Below, in pieces: positions 1 to 11,749 of a DNA stretch of 64,000 nt. The notes under the pieces were generated by a model. It searched no databases, was not told the origin of the DNA, and saw only the letters and a list, made by a program, of their open reading frames with translations. A program made the translations under genes and the position numbers. Within the stretch, counting starts at the first letter, position 1; every line of letters begins with the position of its first letter. Source of the stretch: Yuukianura sp. NJ FZ-2021 (Eukaryota); the NCBI GenBank assembly GCA_046563655.1, contig CM102284.1:9114001-9178000 (forward strand). The letters run 5' to 3'.

Positions 1-1560
1 AATGTTTCTTACAAGTAAACAATGCTTGTGATTCGTTTGAATTCCTAGCGTTGATCCAGGGTACTTTGGCCACTTCATTTTGAGCGTAGAGCTCATCTGG
101 AGATGCTGTCAGAAAGGCTCCAGTCACGTTTCGCTCAATCACGGCTCCAAGGGGAACCGGGGGTAGCAGTGGTAGGTCCTGAAAAAAGTAACAAAACAGG
201 AATTGGTTTTTCGAAAATTGGAATTGGAATTGGAAAAAAATTCCAAAACTTCCGTTTTGTCCAAAATTTGAATCTTACGAAAGTGAAAAGCAGCATTTTA
301 GCCAGCATACTTCCACGAATTTTTTTGAGGCAACTGACGAATGCTTGACTGGGTTTCTCCGGACAATTAGCAGCTCTGGCGACTTTTTGGCTGCGGTATT
401 TCAACGTCTTCGGACTCATGATGGCCCAGGAACTGTAAGCATTTCCACTGATTGAGATTGCCTTTGAAAACTTTCCGCGACTCAACGGTGACATCATATG
501 CAAGTGGACACTGGCAGCTCCAGAAGATTGACCTGTCAAGTTTAAAAAAAATTGTTCTAACTTTGAATGTTGAATGGTTCTAAGTTTAAAAAAGTTTGAA
601 TTTCGACCTGCAATTGTAATCTCGGACGGATTCCCCCCGAAGGCCTTGATATTTTTGTGAATCCAAGTCAAAGCCAGTGATTGGTCCTTGAGTCCATTGT
701 TTCCCGGAAGGACTTCGTCTCCAGTACTTAGGAATCCTAGGACAAGAAATTTCAGAGTAATTGGCACCTAAACTGGTTTTGAATACTGGATGCTGGATGC
801 TGCTTACCAAGTACACCCAGTCGGTAGTTGACCGTGACCAGAATGACGTCGTGTTCCAGAAGATATGCTGGACCATATTCAGAACCAGCCCCAAAATACC
901 AACTTCCGCCATGGATGAACACGAGTACTGGATAGTTCGGGCGCTTCCTCTTGGTCGGAACCTGGAATTTCAAAATTTAGTTTTTCAAAAATTCAAATTC
1001 CCAAAATTTCAAATTTCGAAAATTGTGAAAAATTTACCTGAGGTGTGTAGATGTTCAGGGACAAGCAGTCTTCACTGCCCACCAATTGCATAACATGGAC
1101 GACGTGTAGCTGGAGACACTTCTCAGTTGGACTCTTCGCTTGTCTGACTCCAGTCCAACTCCTCTTCGGAATCGGAGGCTGCAAGGTCAAAGGTCAGCCA
1201 AAGTGTTCAAAATTTTCAAAAAATTCACAATTTCAAAATACAAAATGTATGAACTTTATAAAGATTGGTTACCTGGAACCGGTTTTTGCCGCCTGTGTCT
1301 TCTGCGTATAGAATTCCTTCAAATGCTGCAATTGACCTGCCTTTGATAGTACTCATGCGGTATCCTTCCAGGAATCCAGAACTGGTTTTGACAATGGGGT
1401 AGTCCGACTTGTCAATGTCATTGAAATTATAGTCTCGTCCACTTCGGTCACCAATCCCAGTGTTAACTGACCTTTGACCTTGCAAAGGGTCACTCGGATA
1501 CTCATGTTCACACCGAAACAGGGAACAAAACACAGCTACCAGCATTTTCCTAATCTCCAT
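1..1560 (-). CDS. Secreted type-B carboxylesterase (beta-esterase/JHE-like clade), 3' end runs off window
   Basis: Exons approx 1560-1273, 1178-1038, 961-808, 736-608, 532-279, 178-13 joined by GT-AG introns. Hydrophobic N-terminus, then GILYAE..NRFQPP, SEDCLSLNIYTP, VLVFIHGGSW, VTVNYRLGVLGFLS, GNNGLKDQ..W, FGGNPSEITIAGQSSGA (GxSxG nucleophile elbow), AISISG. Confidence 0.93.
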
Positions 1561-3599
1561 TTTTAACTATCGTTTTCTCTCCAGTTTTACAATTGCAAAG
1601 TTGCAATTCTTACTTAAAAGATGCTAGAAATTGTTCTGGACGGTGCGCACTCTGATTCTTATATAATTTTCTTATCATAATATTCTAATCTGATTCTTAT
1701 ATAATTATAATAATACACAAATAATTAGTTTAATTAATTCCAGTTCTAGAAGTCTGAGATTCCAGAACGACGATGACTTGCGCTTGAGCTAACAATTGAC
1801 AATGCCGCATAGTTTTTGTTGCAATTGAAGCAGGAAAATTTCTTGGCCAAAATGATTATGGACAAAGGAAAAACTAAACTTGGAAGTACACAAAAACTGG
1901 ATTTTCGCACCTACACGTGAAACACATCGATTATAATTCCGTAATGAGAATGACTTGATGCTTCAAGCGACCTTCGACCCCACAAACCAACACAAAAAAA
2001 TTTTACGAGCTGTTAGAACTGTAACTAACATAAAAACTAAAAAAACAACAATTTTCCTCGGATTTTCCTAATTACTTCTGATTCTGCTAAGATTACGAGA
2101 ATTAGGATTTAGGATTGATTCTCAACTGCGTCAATTGATCAACTGAAAGTGGAATGACGATGGTCAGTCGGCAAAAATGGACAATGTCAACCTGACATGA
2201 TTTATGAAGGTCACCAGCATAAGTTAGAGTTATACCGCGCATGACCTCGCAAACCATTATGGTATGGCACATCACATGTATTTAAGCGACATTGAAAATG
2301 GTTAGGTTCAAACTTCTCACAGTTCGCAGGTCAAACCGGTTTTGTTTAATTTTAAACCAACATAACAAGATTTTCTAAACATAATTCTAGAAGCGATAAA
2401 TGATCCCGATTAGACGCTAAAGTTTTCTCAAGAACTTTTAGAGTAAGTACAGCAATTAAATTTTGCACGAGTCATGTAAAGTCAAAGTTACATAAAAGTA
2501 ACACTGCGCAGTCATTTTGAGAAATTGTTCAATAATTGAACAATTATTGTTCAATTGTTAAGTTTCAGAACGAAGACAAAAACAAGATTACTCAAAACAT
2601 AGCTTGACAGACGAATCTTTAGTGGAACAATAACTTTTGATATTGTTCAGACTCTATAATCTTGGTAGTAAATCAAGTCATTGAATTTTTTCATTGTTGA
2701 GAATTTGGTTTTTGTTATATAAGATTTTTGCTATTGAAAACCAAACGTTCTTGAAAATTCTGCATTTTGTTGACCTCAGAATGACCTCAAAGAACCACAC
2801 AAAAAATAGCACTAATCCCCCCATTTTTCAGTTTCTAATTAGTTCTGATTTGTATCAAGAAAGATTTTGACCGTTCTTTGCTCCAAAGTGACAAAATTTA
2901 ACAATTTAAAAAAAATCCAAAATATTCTTTTAAAAAACACCTTTTAAATGTTTTGCATACACGCCACTCAGCGCCTGTTTTTAACGTAAATTAAAATTAA
3001 ATAAATTTTGAATCAATTCTGAAAGGCGAATTTGTACTGTTCTTCAATGAGATCATCACATTATGGAAATGGCACGCACTTTATGAGCAGTTGTATAACA
3101 CGTGTAAACTTCAATGTAATAAAAATTACTACATGTAAAATTCAAAAATTACATGAATTATTTATGTAATTTTTCAATTTTACAGAAAACATGAACTTGA
3201 AATGGGATTTTGGCGTTGAAGTTATTCACCTTGTGTAAATTTTTCTCAGGTGTTTCCATTTTCCAAAACTGTTTTTAAAAACATCCTTGTCCTAATTCGC
3301 ATGTTTCTAGGTGCTAAAATTCCTTGACTCAACTTCCTTCCATTGTTTCCTTCTATGCATATTATGATTTAAGGAAATGCGTTAAATGCGTAAGTGGAAA
3401 TGCGGTGATCATAAAACTTCAACTTAAGAGGAACCTCAAATTCAAAGGAAAAGGAAATGCTCGAATCTTAATTTTTAATTCCTAAAACACTTTTTCGAAA
3501 AAACTAGTATAAGTAGTAGTTTAGCAAATTCAGCTGAACTTGAGAAGAAAAAAAATGGACGTACCTCTTCTGTGAATTTGTGAATCTGAATTCCAGAGT

Positions 3600-5126
3600 T
3601 CAATCTTGATCGATCTTGATGCTGGAGATGATTGTGGGTTTCCAGGCTCTGATGTTTCCATCCGTATATCCAGCAAACAAAGTGTTTCCGTCGATGCTCC
3701 ACTTCAAACACACGATCTCCGGCTTGGATTTGTTTCCAGCCGAGGCAGAAGCGGTAGTCGACGTTTCCAAAATGGCTTCATCTAACAGAACTTTCCGAAC
3801 AAGGTCCTAAAAAAACATCACAAACGTCAAGTAATTGGTGTTAATTAGTTGATTAATTGTTGATTAGTTAAACTCTGGTGTTTTAGAAGTACTGGCTTAC
3901 GTAGACAAAGATGCTGCTGTTGACAGCAACACAAACTTGGTACGAGTTGGGAGCAAATGCAATGGCCTTGACCTCTCCCGGCATTGCCACTGACCAGAGG
4001 TAGGAGTACGTCTCCAAGTCCCACAGATTGATCGTGTTGTCCTACACAAAAGCAATGATTAATCAATTAGCGCAATTAAATCTATTATTATATTTATATT
4101 ATATATTATAATATAATATATTAACATCACCTTAGTTCCGAAGGCAACGAGGGAAATATCTGGCGAAATCTGCATGGTGACCACGGGAGAGCCCTTCTGT
4201 CCACAGACCATCGTCTTCTGCACTTGGTAAGTCCTGGAGTTAATCACCTAGGATTTAGTTTAAATACAATTAATTAAGCTAATTACCAAAATTCATTAGG
4301 AAACTATGTTTGAAACACCAGTACTGTTAAAATATTGCCAATACTATGCTGGCCATACCTTGATTGTGGAGTCCCAGCTAGCCGAGAAGCAATTCGGAGG
4401 TAGCAGATCATACTGCGGAGCCAGGGCAACACTGGACACCCAGTCATTGTGTCCTCCTTGTGCTGGACCAACTGTATGGTGACAAGTGCCTGTCACACTC
4501 CAGAACTTCACTGTCTTATCCCGACTTCCGGTCACCACTTGACGATTGTCGTGCGACAGAGAAATGCTCGTAACGTCCTCAAAACCATATCAAAATACTG
4601 TAAAAACTACAGAAAAAGTGAATTTGACCTTTGACCTTGCGACCTAAGTTAACTTACCCCTGTATGACCTTTGAACAGTTGCGTAGTTTTTCCTTGCACT
4701 AAATCCCAGAGACGTAAAGTTCTGTCCCAAGATGTCGTGATGGCATGTGTAGAATCTGTTGACGTGACAATTCCAGTAACAAAGTGGGAGTGGCCAGTAT
4801 ATCGCTTAAACGGTTTTCCATGGATCGTACTTCCAGCGAATTCAGAATCCCCTGCACCGTCACCGCGGTTCAACTTCCAGACCAGGACAGTTTTATCTAC
4901 AAAAAAAAAGTGACTTAGCAAAAATTCTTTCAAAAATCTTGCAATTTTAGAAAATTTTCAGAGAATTTGACCTTTGACCTGACTGACCTCTTGACGTTGA
5001 GATGATTCTGTCCGGGAACTTGTAGAGTGTCCCAATTGACAGTACATGGTCATTGTGACCACCACGGAAACACCCAACTTGGACCAACTTCTCCTTCTTC
5101 TCGTTAGTAATCGTCAGGGATGCCAT
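3600..5126 (-). CDS. RACK1-like 7-bladed WD40 protein, divergent paralog (about 353 aa)
   Basis: Exons 5126-4988, 4896-4658, 4577-4359, 4247-4131, 4041-3901, 3806-3600 sum to 1062 nt in frame. Collinear with RACK1: [93 protein letters not shown]. Confidence 0.88.
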
Positions 5127-5689
5127 ACTTAGCGATTACCGATTGCCAAACACAAACTTAACGATTGATTGACCCCGACTGGACACAGTAATTAGCAATC
5201 TCACTCAAATTGTTCAACTTCTAACTTGAAACTGCAAGGACTGACAAAAGACGATCAAAGATGACGAAAGTCCAACAAAAATGAGACAAAGGAAAACTTT
5301 TTCGCTTATTTGCGCATGTCCACGCTGAAAAAGTTCAACGACCTCTTGATTCCTTTGTCTCCTCACATTTCGCAAAAAAAAAATACAAAATTTTTTGCAA
5401 AATTTTAAGAAATGGCAATGTTGTTTTAATAGTAAGTTTCGTCCCATAAGTGTCAGAATGTTGATCATGATCATGGTTCATTACGTTTTACGTTTTAGAC
5501 TAATTAATTATATTAAGTAATTAAAACTAGATTTGTGTTGCTTATATTCATAAAATAAGAAATTATATCCGTTATAGAATTCAGAATTATTGATTACTCG
5601 TTGTGGAAGACACCGAATTAAGCACTTTGCACCGCATTACCCCAATTACCTTAAGTAATTCGGTAATTAATTGAGTTAACTTAATTACT

Positions 5690-8600
5690 TTAAACTTCAC
5701 TATGAATTTCTGTATCACCTGTGTTCAGCATCTTTTTACTACTGGCTGACTGATCTTCAACTATTGAAATTTCAAAAGGCGGGTAACAACTTACGTTATG
5801 TTCAGGTTGAGTGTCAAGGTCGATTACCCCTTCCCTCAGGTCCTCCATACTTCCGACACTTATCACAGTACTTTTCCGTTTGGCCTCTGCTGAAGGAAAC
5901 TTGCGATGCTTGTTTCGGTACCGAGACCGTTTGGATTTGAAACTAGATCGGAGACACTGTTTCGTCAGACCAGAATAATGCAAGTCTTCGACACTCAGTT
6001 CCTCCATTTCAGCCCACTCACTACTGTCATTATCCAGTACAGCATCTTCTTCCAGGTTCAAACTCTCCATGGCACTGGCAAACTCCTTCAGTGCAAGCAC
6101 TAAACTACTCACACTTTGGTTACGATTACTTGACTCAGCTGGAGACATTGAACGTGTCACTCGGGCAACAGCAGGTTCCGACGGAGTGATTCGATCAGGG
6201 TCCGAAGGTACTACTCGGCCAACATCAGAAGTATCAGAAGGTCTCACATGGTCAACATCAGTTTCAGTCGGAAGTGGTTTCACAGTTTCTGACTCCGGAC
6301 ACTCCACAAGTATTGGCTGATTATCTTCGGTTATCGCTGGAAACACTTCGCTGGAAGGACTAATGATGTCCAGCACTTCAGAAGTAGCACTGGAAGATGA
6401 ATTTCTGGAATACTTGACACTTTGTCGATGTCCAGAAAGTATCGTCACCTCTCCCTCGCCAATACTGTGCTGACTCCTCCTCCTGACACAAGTATCGACC
6501 TTTCCATCTTCACTACTTCCAGAACTGACTCGTCTAGCCTCAGCATCTTCCACGCTGATTCTGATTCCAGGAGAGGTCAAATATTCCACTTTGTTGATGA
6601 GGCGACTGGGCAAGGCATCTGGCGGCAGAGAAAACTTCCGCAGCGGAGGAGCATAAAAATGACGATGAGTTTTCTTCTTTGACTTTGTTCTGGGAAGGGA
6701 ATGAGTACTGTAAGTACTGGCAGCATTCTTGGACCCAGCAGCATTTGACTTGATTTCATCATCACTGTGACCCAAGTACTCTCCACTTCCGTCATAAGCA
6801 AGATTTGACGTTGAAGACGTCGTGGAGGCAAAGTATTCATGTGGATCCTTCCCCACAGTGCGATCTGGTGACAGTAAATCGGAGTAAGGAATGTGATTAG
6901 TGGACTTGGCCAGGTCAGAGCGGGTAATGGGCAGACCAATTTGAGACTTCCGGACAGCTCCAGGACTTTGTCCAACAGAAATCGCTGATGCTCCTTGTGG
7001 ACTCAGAAACGTTTGGTTTCTCTTGACAGTTCTGGATCGCTGTTGCGCTTCGAGCCTGTTCTTCTTCTGAGCCAAAACTGTGTAGAAGTTGTGGTAGGAA
7101 CTGTTTTGATCAATCGCTGTCATCCAGCGATCACGGTCTTCTTTCGTTTTGGTTGCCAAATGATACCGGACATGCCTTCCTGGAAAACAAAATCAGCGAT
7201 TTTAGAACACTTCTTCAAAAATGAGAAGTTTAGAATAGAATTTGAATCTGAAGATTAAAATTCTACAATTTTAGACTCACCCGCAGTCAGTTTTCCATCA
7301 GACGCTTTGCAGGACTTGATGTACTCGGTAACATTCGGATCGCTGCTCTTTTTGTACAAAGTGAAACAAAATTCTTTGCCTAACTCCGGTGCCTTCTTGA
7401 CGCTGATATTTTCTAGAGGAATGATTCCACGCGGATCCTTGTCCGTCGTAAACAGGAAATAGTAGAGACAATTGTTGCTCAAAATGAACCACCTTCGCTT
7501 CCACGCTTTGTACCTCCCACCTTGCTTCCACAACCATCCTAAAATTAATCAAATAAGTTAATTAACAACATCAAACTAATTAACAGGGTTCGAAGGCTGT
7601 AACTTACGTAACTTACGTAAGTAAGTTACGTAATTTTCAGAGGGGTTGTAATTTTCGAAATTTTCATTCTTTTGAATTTTACGCGGGAGGGAGACAGCGT
7701 AGGAGTCAGGGGAGCGGGAGAAGTCCAAAATAACAAAAGAGCAGTGATTTAGATGATTATTTTTTCGGTTTTTTCTCGAGCAGACTGCTCGAGAAATACC
7801 AGGATATTCTTCGAGCAGTCTGCTCGAGAAATACCTGGATAATTCTCGAGCAGTCTGCTCGAGAAATACCAGGATATTCTTCGAGCAGTCTGCTCGAGAA
7901 ATACCAGGATAATTCTCGAGCAGTCTGCTCGAGAAATACCAGGATATGCTTCGAGCAGTCTGCTCGAGAAATACCAGGATAATTCTCGAGCAGTCTGCTC
8001 GAGAAATACCAGGATATTTTTCGAGCAGTCTGCTCGAAAAATACCAGGATATTCTTCGAGCAGTCTGCTCGAGAAATACCAGGATATTTTTCGAGCAGTC
8101 TGCTCGAAAAATACCAGGATATTCTTCGAGCAGTCTGCTCGAGAAATACCAGGATAATTCTCGAGCAGTCTGCTCGAGAAATACCAGGATATTCTTCGAG
8201 TAATCTGCTCGAGAAATACCAGGATAATTCTCGAGCAGTCTGCTCGGGAAATACCAGGATATTCTTCGAGCAGTCTGCTCGAGAAATACCAGGATATTCT
8301 TCGAGCAGTCTGCTCGAGAAATACCAGGATAATTCTCGAGCAGTCTGCTCGAGAAATACCAGGATATTCTTCGAGCAGTCTGCTCGGGAAATACCAGGAT
8401 ATTCTTCGAGCAGTCTGCTCGAGAAATACCAGGATATTCTTCGAGCAGTCTGCTCGACAAATAGGTTAGGTTAGGTTAGGTTAGGTGAGGTTAGGATTGG
8501 TTTGGTTAGGTTAGGTTAGGAAATTTGAAAAAAATCGGTGGTAGTACACGATAGTAAAATTATTCCACAAATTTTTACTTCTAAATATTTTTTTAAGATT

Positions 8601-11600
8601 CAGAAACAAACATATTTTCGAAAAAAAAATTAAGTTAGTGTTGCATGAATAATAACTTCAGAAACAATAAGTTACTTTAAACTAACTAAGAAATATTTAC
8701 TCTTTTAAACTGATCGGTAAAGTTTGAGTGGGAGGTGGAACATGCCGACATGCGACACTAAAAAAAAGGACGGTGTAAGAGGTGATGAGATTGGAGTAAT
8801 CATAAGCGAGGCTGAGGAATAGTTAGATGTGATGGCAATGGAATAATTAGTGTTATGTTTCTCGAACTATTTGTGTTAATTGCGTTAAGTGTGTTAGTTT
8901 AGTCTTAAAAATAAAATAGGAGTAAATATTGTCTACCGCAGTATATTTCTATCAGGCCTTGGTTTGATTTTTAACGCAATTAGATAGTAGATATTAATAG
9001 TTTATGGTTTGGGGATGGGAGTGGGATGCAGGCGGCTTGTTTTGAAAATTACAATCTTACGTATTTTACGTAAGTTACGATAATTACGTAAGTTACGTAG
9101 TTTTCGGCAAAAATACCGAAATTTTCGAACCCTGCTAATTAATCCCACCACATCATCAATTCATCAATTAAGAAACATGCCTTCAATCGCTGGATTGAAG
9201 AAGGTCAACATGAGGTCATTCCCATCTTCTGGTGGAATTTGAAACGGTTCCGTTAGGATAGAGTTGTACAGTGACGTAATAAATTTCCGGTCCAGCGGCT
9301 GTCCATCGTCAATGTCTCGATTCATTTGTATAAATTGTTCCAGACTTGGTTTGTCCTGTTAAAAAGAAACCAAATTATGAAAATTAGCCGCACACTCTCT
9401 GAGGTCATAATTTTAAAACTAATTTGGAAGTGGTTTGACTTTGTGTGGTTTTTGTGGTCAACGTTTCTCAGAATCTTTGCAAAGGAAACTCCGTACATAG
9501 CATTCCAAAAAAAATATGACATAATTTTTTTTTTGGTCAAAACAATTTATAACTCTAATTTAACATTTACCTTAACATTTGGATTGTGAAGAGACGTGTT
9601 GAGCATGATGATGGCAAAGGAGAGGAGGTAGCAAGTATCTGAATTGGCGAATAATGCTGGATTCAACTGCGTGTAGCGTTTTGCAAAGCATTCCATCATG
9701 CGATCAATCTTCTGAGCTTCTCCAGGCAGCCGAAAACTCCATAAAAATTGACGCAGAGCTTCCACAAGCAAAACATTTGTGAAATCGTGCAATTCGACGA
9801 AACAATTTAAAACTTCTAGGTTAAATTCATGGTGTTCACCGAGGTAGTTCCCAATTGCGGACTTGGACAACTGTTCTCCATGTTTCAAAAACTGAAATTT
9901 TCCAAAAGTTAGAATTTCAAAATTTTAAAAATGCCTCAGGAGATTATGATTTGAGCTTAACTTACTTGAGCCACACTCTCCGGTGTCCTCTCCAGCAATC
10001 CACTGAGAATCAAAAAGTCAATGCCTTTTTTCGGATCCATATTGAACTTCTTGGCTCCTTGCAGCATTAACTTCCTCCTTTCAATTTGTGGATCAGTACA
10101 CTGCGAAGACGAGTCCGGATCGAAAGTATCTGAGCGTCCAGCGATACTTGGACACCTCGAGCGACTACTGGCATAACTATCATTTTCACTTACACTGGGA
10201 TTAGTTCCAGCACTGGACAAACTAGTAGAACTACTCTCTACACCAGGTTCTCCATTCACTCTTTGTCCAATGCCAACCACATCGTCACTACTGGCACTTC
10301 GGAGGGAATGACCTCGTGACCTCTCCTCCATGTTAGGAACACTGTGACTACTTTTGATACTAGTTGAGCGACGAGATGACAACGAACGTCGGGGAGTCGT
10401 TAGGCTGAAACTGGAATGCATCGCTGCAACGTCTTCGTGAATCACGCCTTCAACATCTCTCAAACAATGTTCAGTTGTCTTCAGATGCTGAAATTAAAAA
10501 CAATAGAAAACAATTGCAACATCGAAAATGCAATTCGATCTAACATTAACAAAATTTACTAACTTAACAATTGCTTAATTAATACGCAACGTGAGAATTT
10601 ACATGACTTTTACTTTCTGTTTGAAAAGTGAACTCAACTTTTAGTCACTTTTTAGTGCTAAAACTTAAGCTGAACTGAAGTTTTCCAAACAATTATTGAC
10701 CGCTAGCGCTGCAAAATCTAGATTTTGGCCACCACAGGCAGACTGGAACTTAAATTGAAAACTTTAGCACTTTGTCACACTCAATTAATTTGACTTTGAA
10801 AAAAACAAGATAGAAGATAAGCGTTTTACCACAGCAGGGTTTCGTTTTCGTTTTGGCTTCAGCGTCAGTCCTCCAAACGCCAGCATTGTTGACGCTTCAA
10901 AATAAGAATGGAAGCTCATCGACACTGATTTTAAGAACTTCCTAATAACCTTAGTAACTTTTTTGAAAGTGACTAATGCTCAATTACAAAGTACTTCGTC
11001 TCTGTTTAAATATGTCTGATGAGATGACTAATAACTAGACTTACTAGAACTAGTTCTTATCAGTGTCACTAAAAGTTAATCTCATCTGCCTCTAAATATA
11101 AGTATTGATTTCAAACAGTTTTCATCAGTACTTCTCGTCTGTATCCAATTGACACTGATGAACTTTTGATAAGGAACAGCAAGGTCATCTTTGAGTATTT
11201 GTTTTCGGTCGGTAATTGTTCAAAGTGTTTAGAAATTAACGAAAATCATACCGTTGCTGATGCGAAAGCCTTCCGTCGGATGGATTTCGTCTTCTTCACT
11301 CCTGAAGCAGTCGAAACAAGAGTAACGAATCCCCGAAACGCTGAGAATGGTGACTTTGGCGTTGCGAATTCCGGTTTTGCATCTTCTGATACAATGGAAT
11401 GCGAAATAGAAGAGAGACTTGAGGTACTACTGGCACCGCTGGCGGCACGCCGTGGGGATCCCCCTCCACGATCATGTTCCTCATTCGGAAAAATCCGGAA
11501 CGGTGTCCTTGGATTCTTCTCGTAATCGTAATAAATTAGGCCTGACGGGGAGTCATATTGAGAAGTGGAAGCAGCATCAATAGTGTCACAACTTATACTG

Positions 11601-11749
11601 ATACTTCCTCCGTCGACACTGTACAGATTTGGAGTAGACTTGCATAGACTGGTACTGTTCTCTGACTGATCCTTGAGTCCAGTAAGTCCTTGATTAGTCA
11701 CTGAATTCTTTCGACGTCCTTTCTTTCCCAAGGTACCAAAAATTGACAT
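5690..11749 (-). CDS. Cytohesin/steppke-family Sec7-PH ARF guanine-nucleotide exchange factor with long N- and C-terminal extensions (about 1087 aa)
   Basis: Exons 11749-11252, 10487-9966, 9891-9571, 9355-9181, 7538-7281, 7179-5690 (3264 nt, in frame). [46 protein letters not shown] (Glu finger), [20 protein letters not shown] domain [29 protein letters not shown]. The first exon's inclusion is the least certain part. Confidence 0.9.
7773..8461. repeat. 35-bp tandem repeat, 20 copies, each with a palindromic core (TCGAGCAG-T-CTGCTCGA)
   Basis: GAGCAGTCTGCTCG recurs at an exact 35-bp period from 7778 to 8443; unit TCGAGCAGTCTGCTCGAGAAATACCAGGATATTCT, with an AATTC variant at the unit end. Confidence 0.97.
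8462..8520 (+). repeat. (TTAGG)n tract, about 12 units, some degenerate (arthropod telomere-type pentamer, interstitial)
   Basis: taggttaggttaggttaggttaggtgaggttaggattggtttggttaggttaggttagg directly abuts the last satellite unit. Confidence 0.9.

Larger units (their letters stand above)
7584..9134. mobile_element. Non-autonomous hAT-type DNA transposon in a cytohesin intron
   Basis: Perfect 11-bp TIRs CAGGGTTCGAA (7584-7594) and TTCGAACCCTG (9124-9134); perfect 8-bp TSD CTAATTAA (7576-7583, 9135-9142); clustered subterminal TTACGTAA motifs at both ends; no transposase ORF. Confidence 0.88.

Noticed and set aside
7576-8460. 294-aa minus-strand ORF with a 35-aa periodic sequence
   Set aside because: By-product of a stop-free 35-bp repeat cycling through three frames; no real start context, and it lies inside an intronic transposon.
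7773-8461. CRISPR-like array of palindromic repeats
   Set aside because: The intervening sequences are the same in every unit (no unique spacers), there are no cas genes, and the context is a eukaryotic intron; it is a tandem satellite.
8462-8520. True telomere or scaffold join at (TTAGG)n
   Set aside because: Short, degenerate, and enclosed by matching TIRs/TSD within a gene whose exons continue in frame on both sides.
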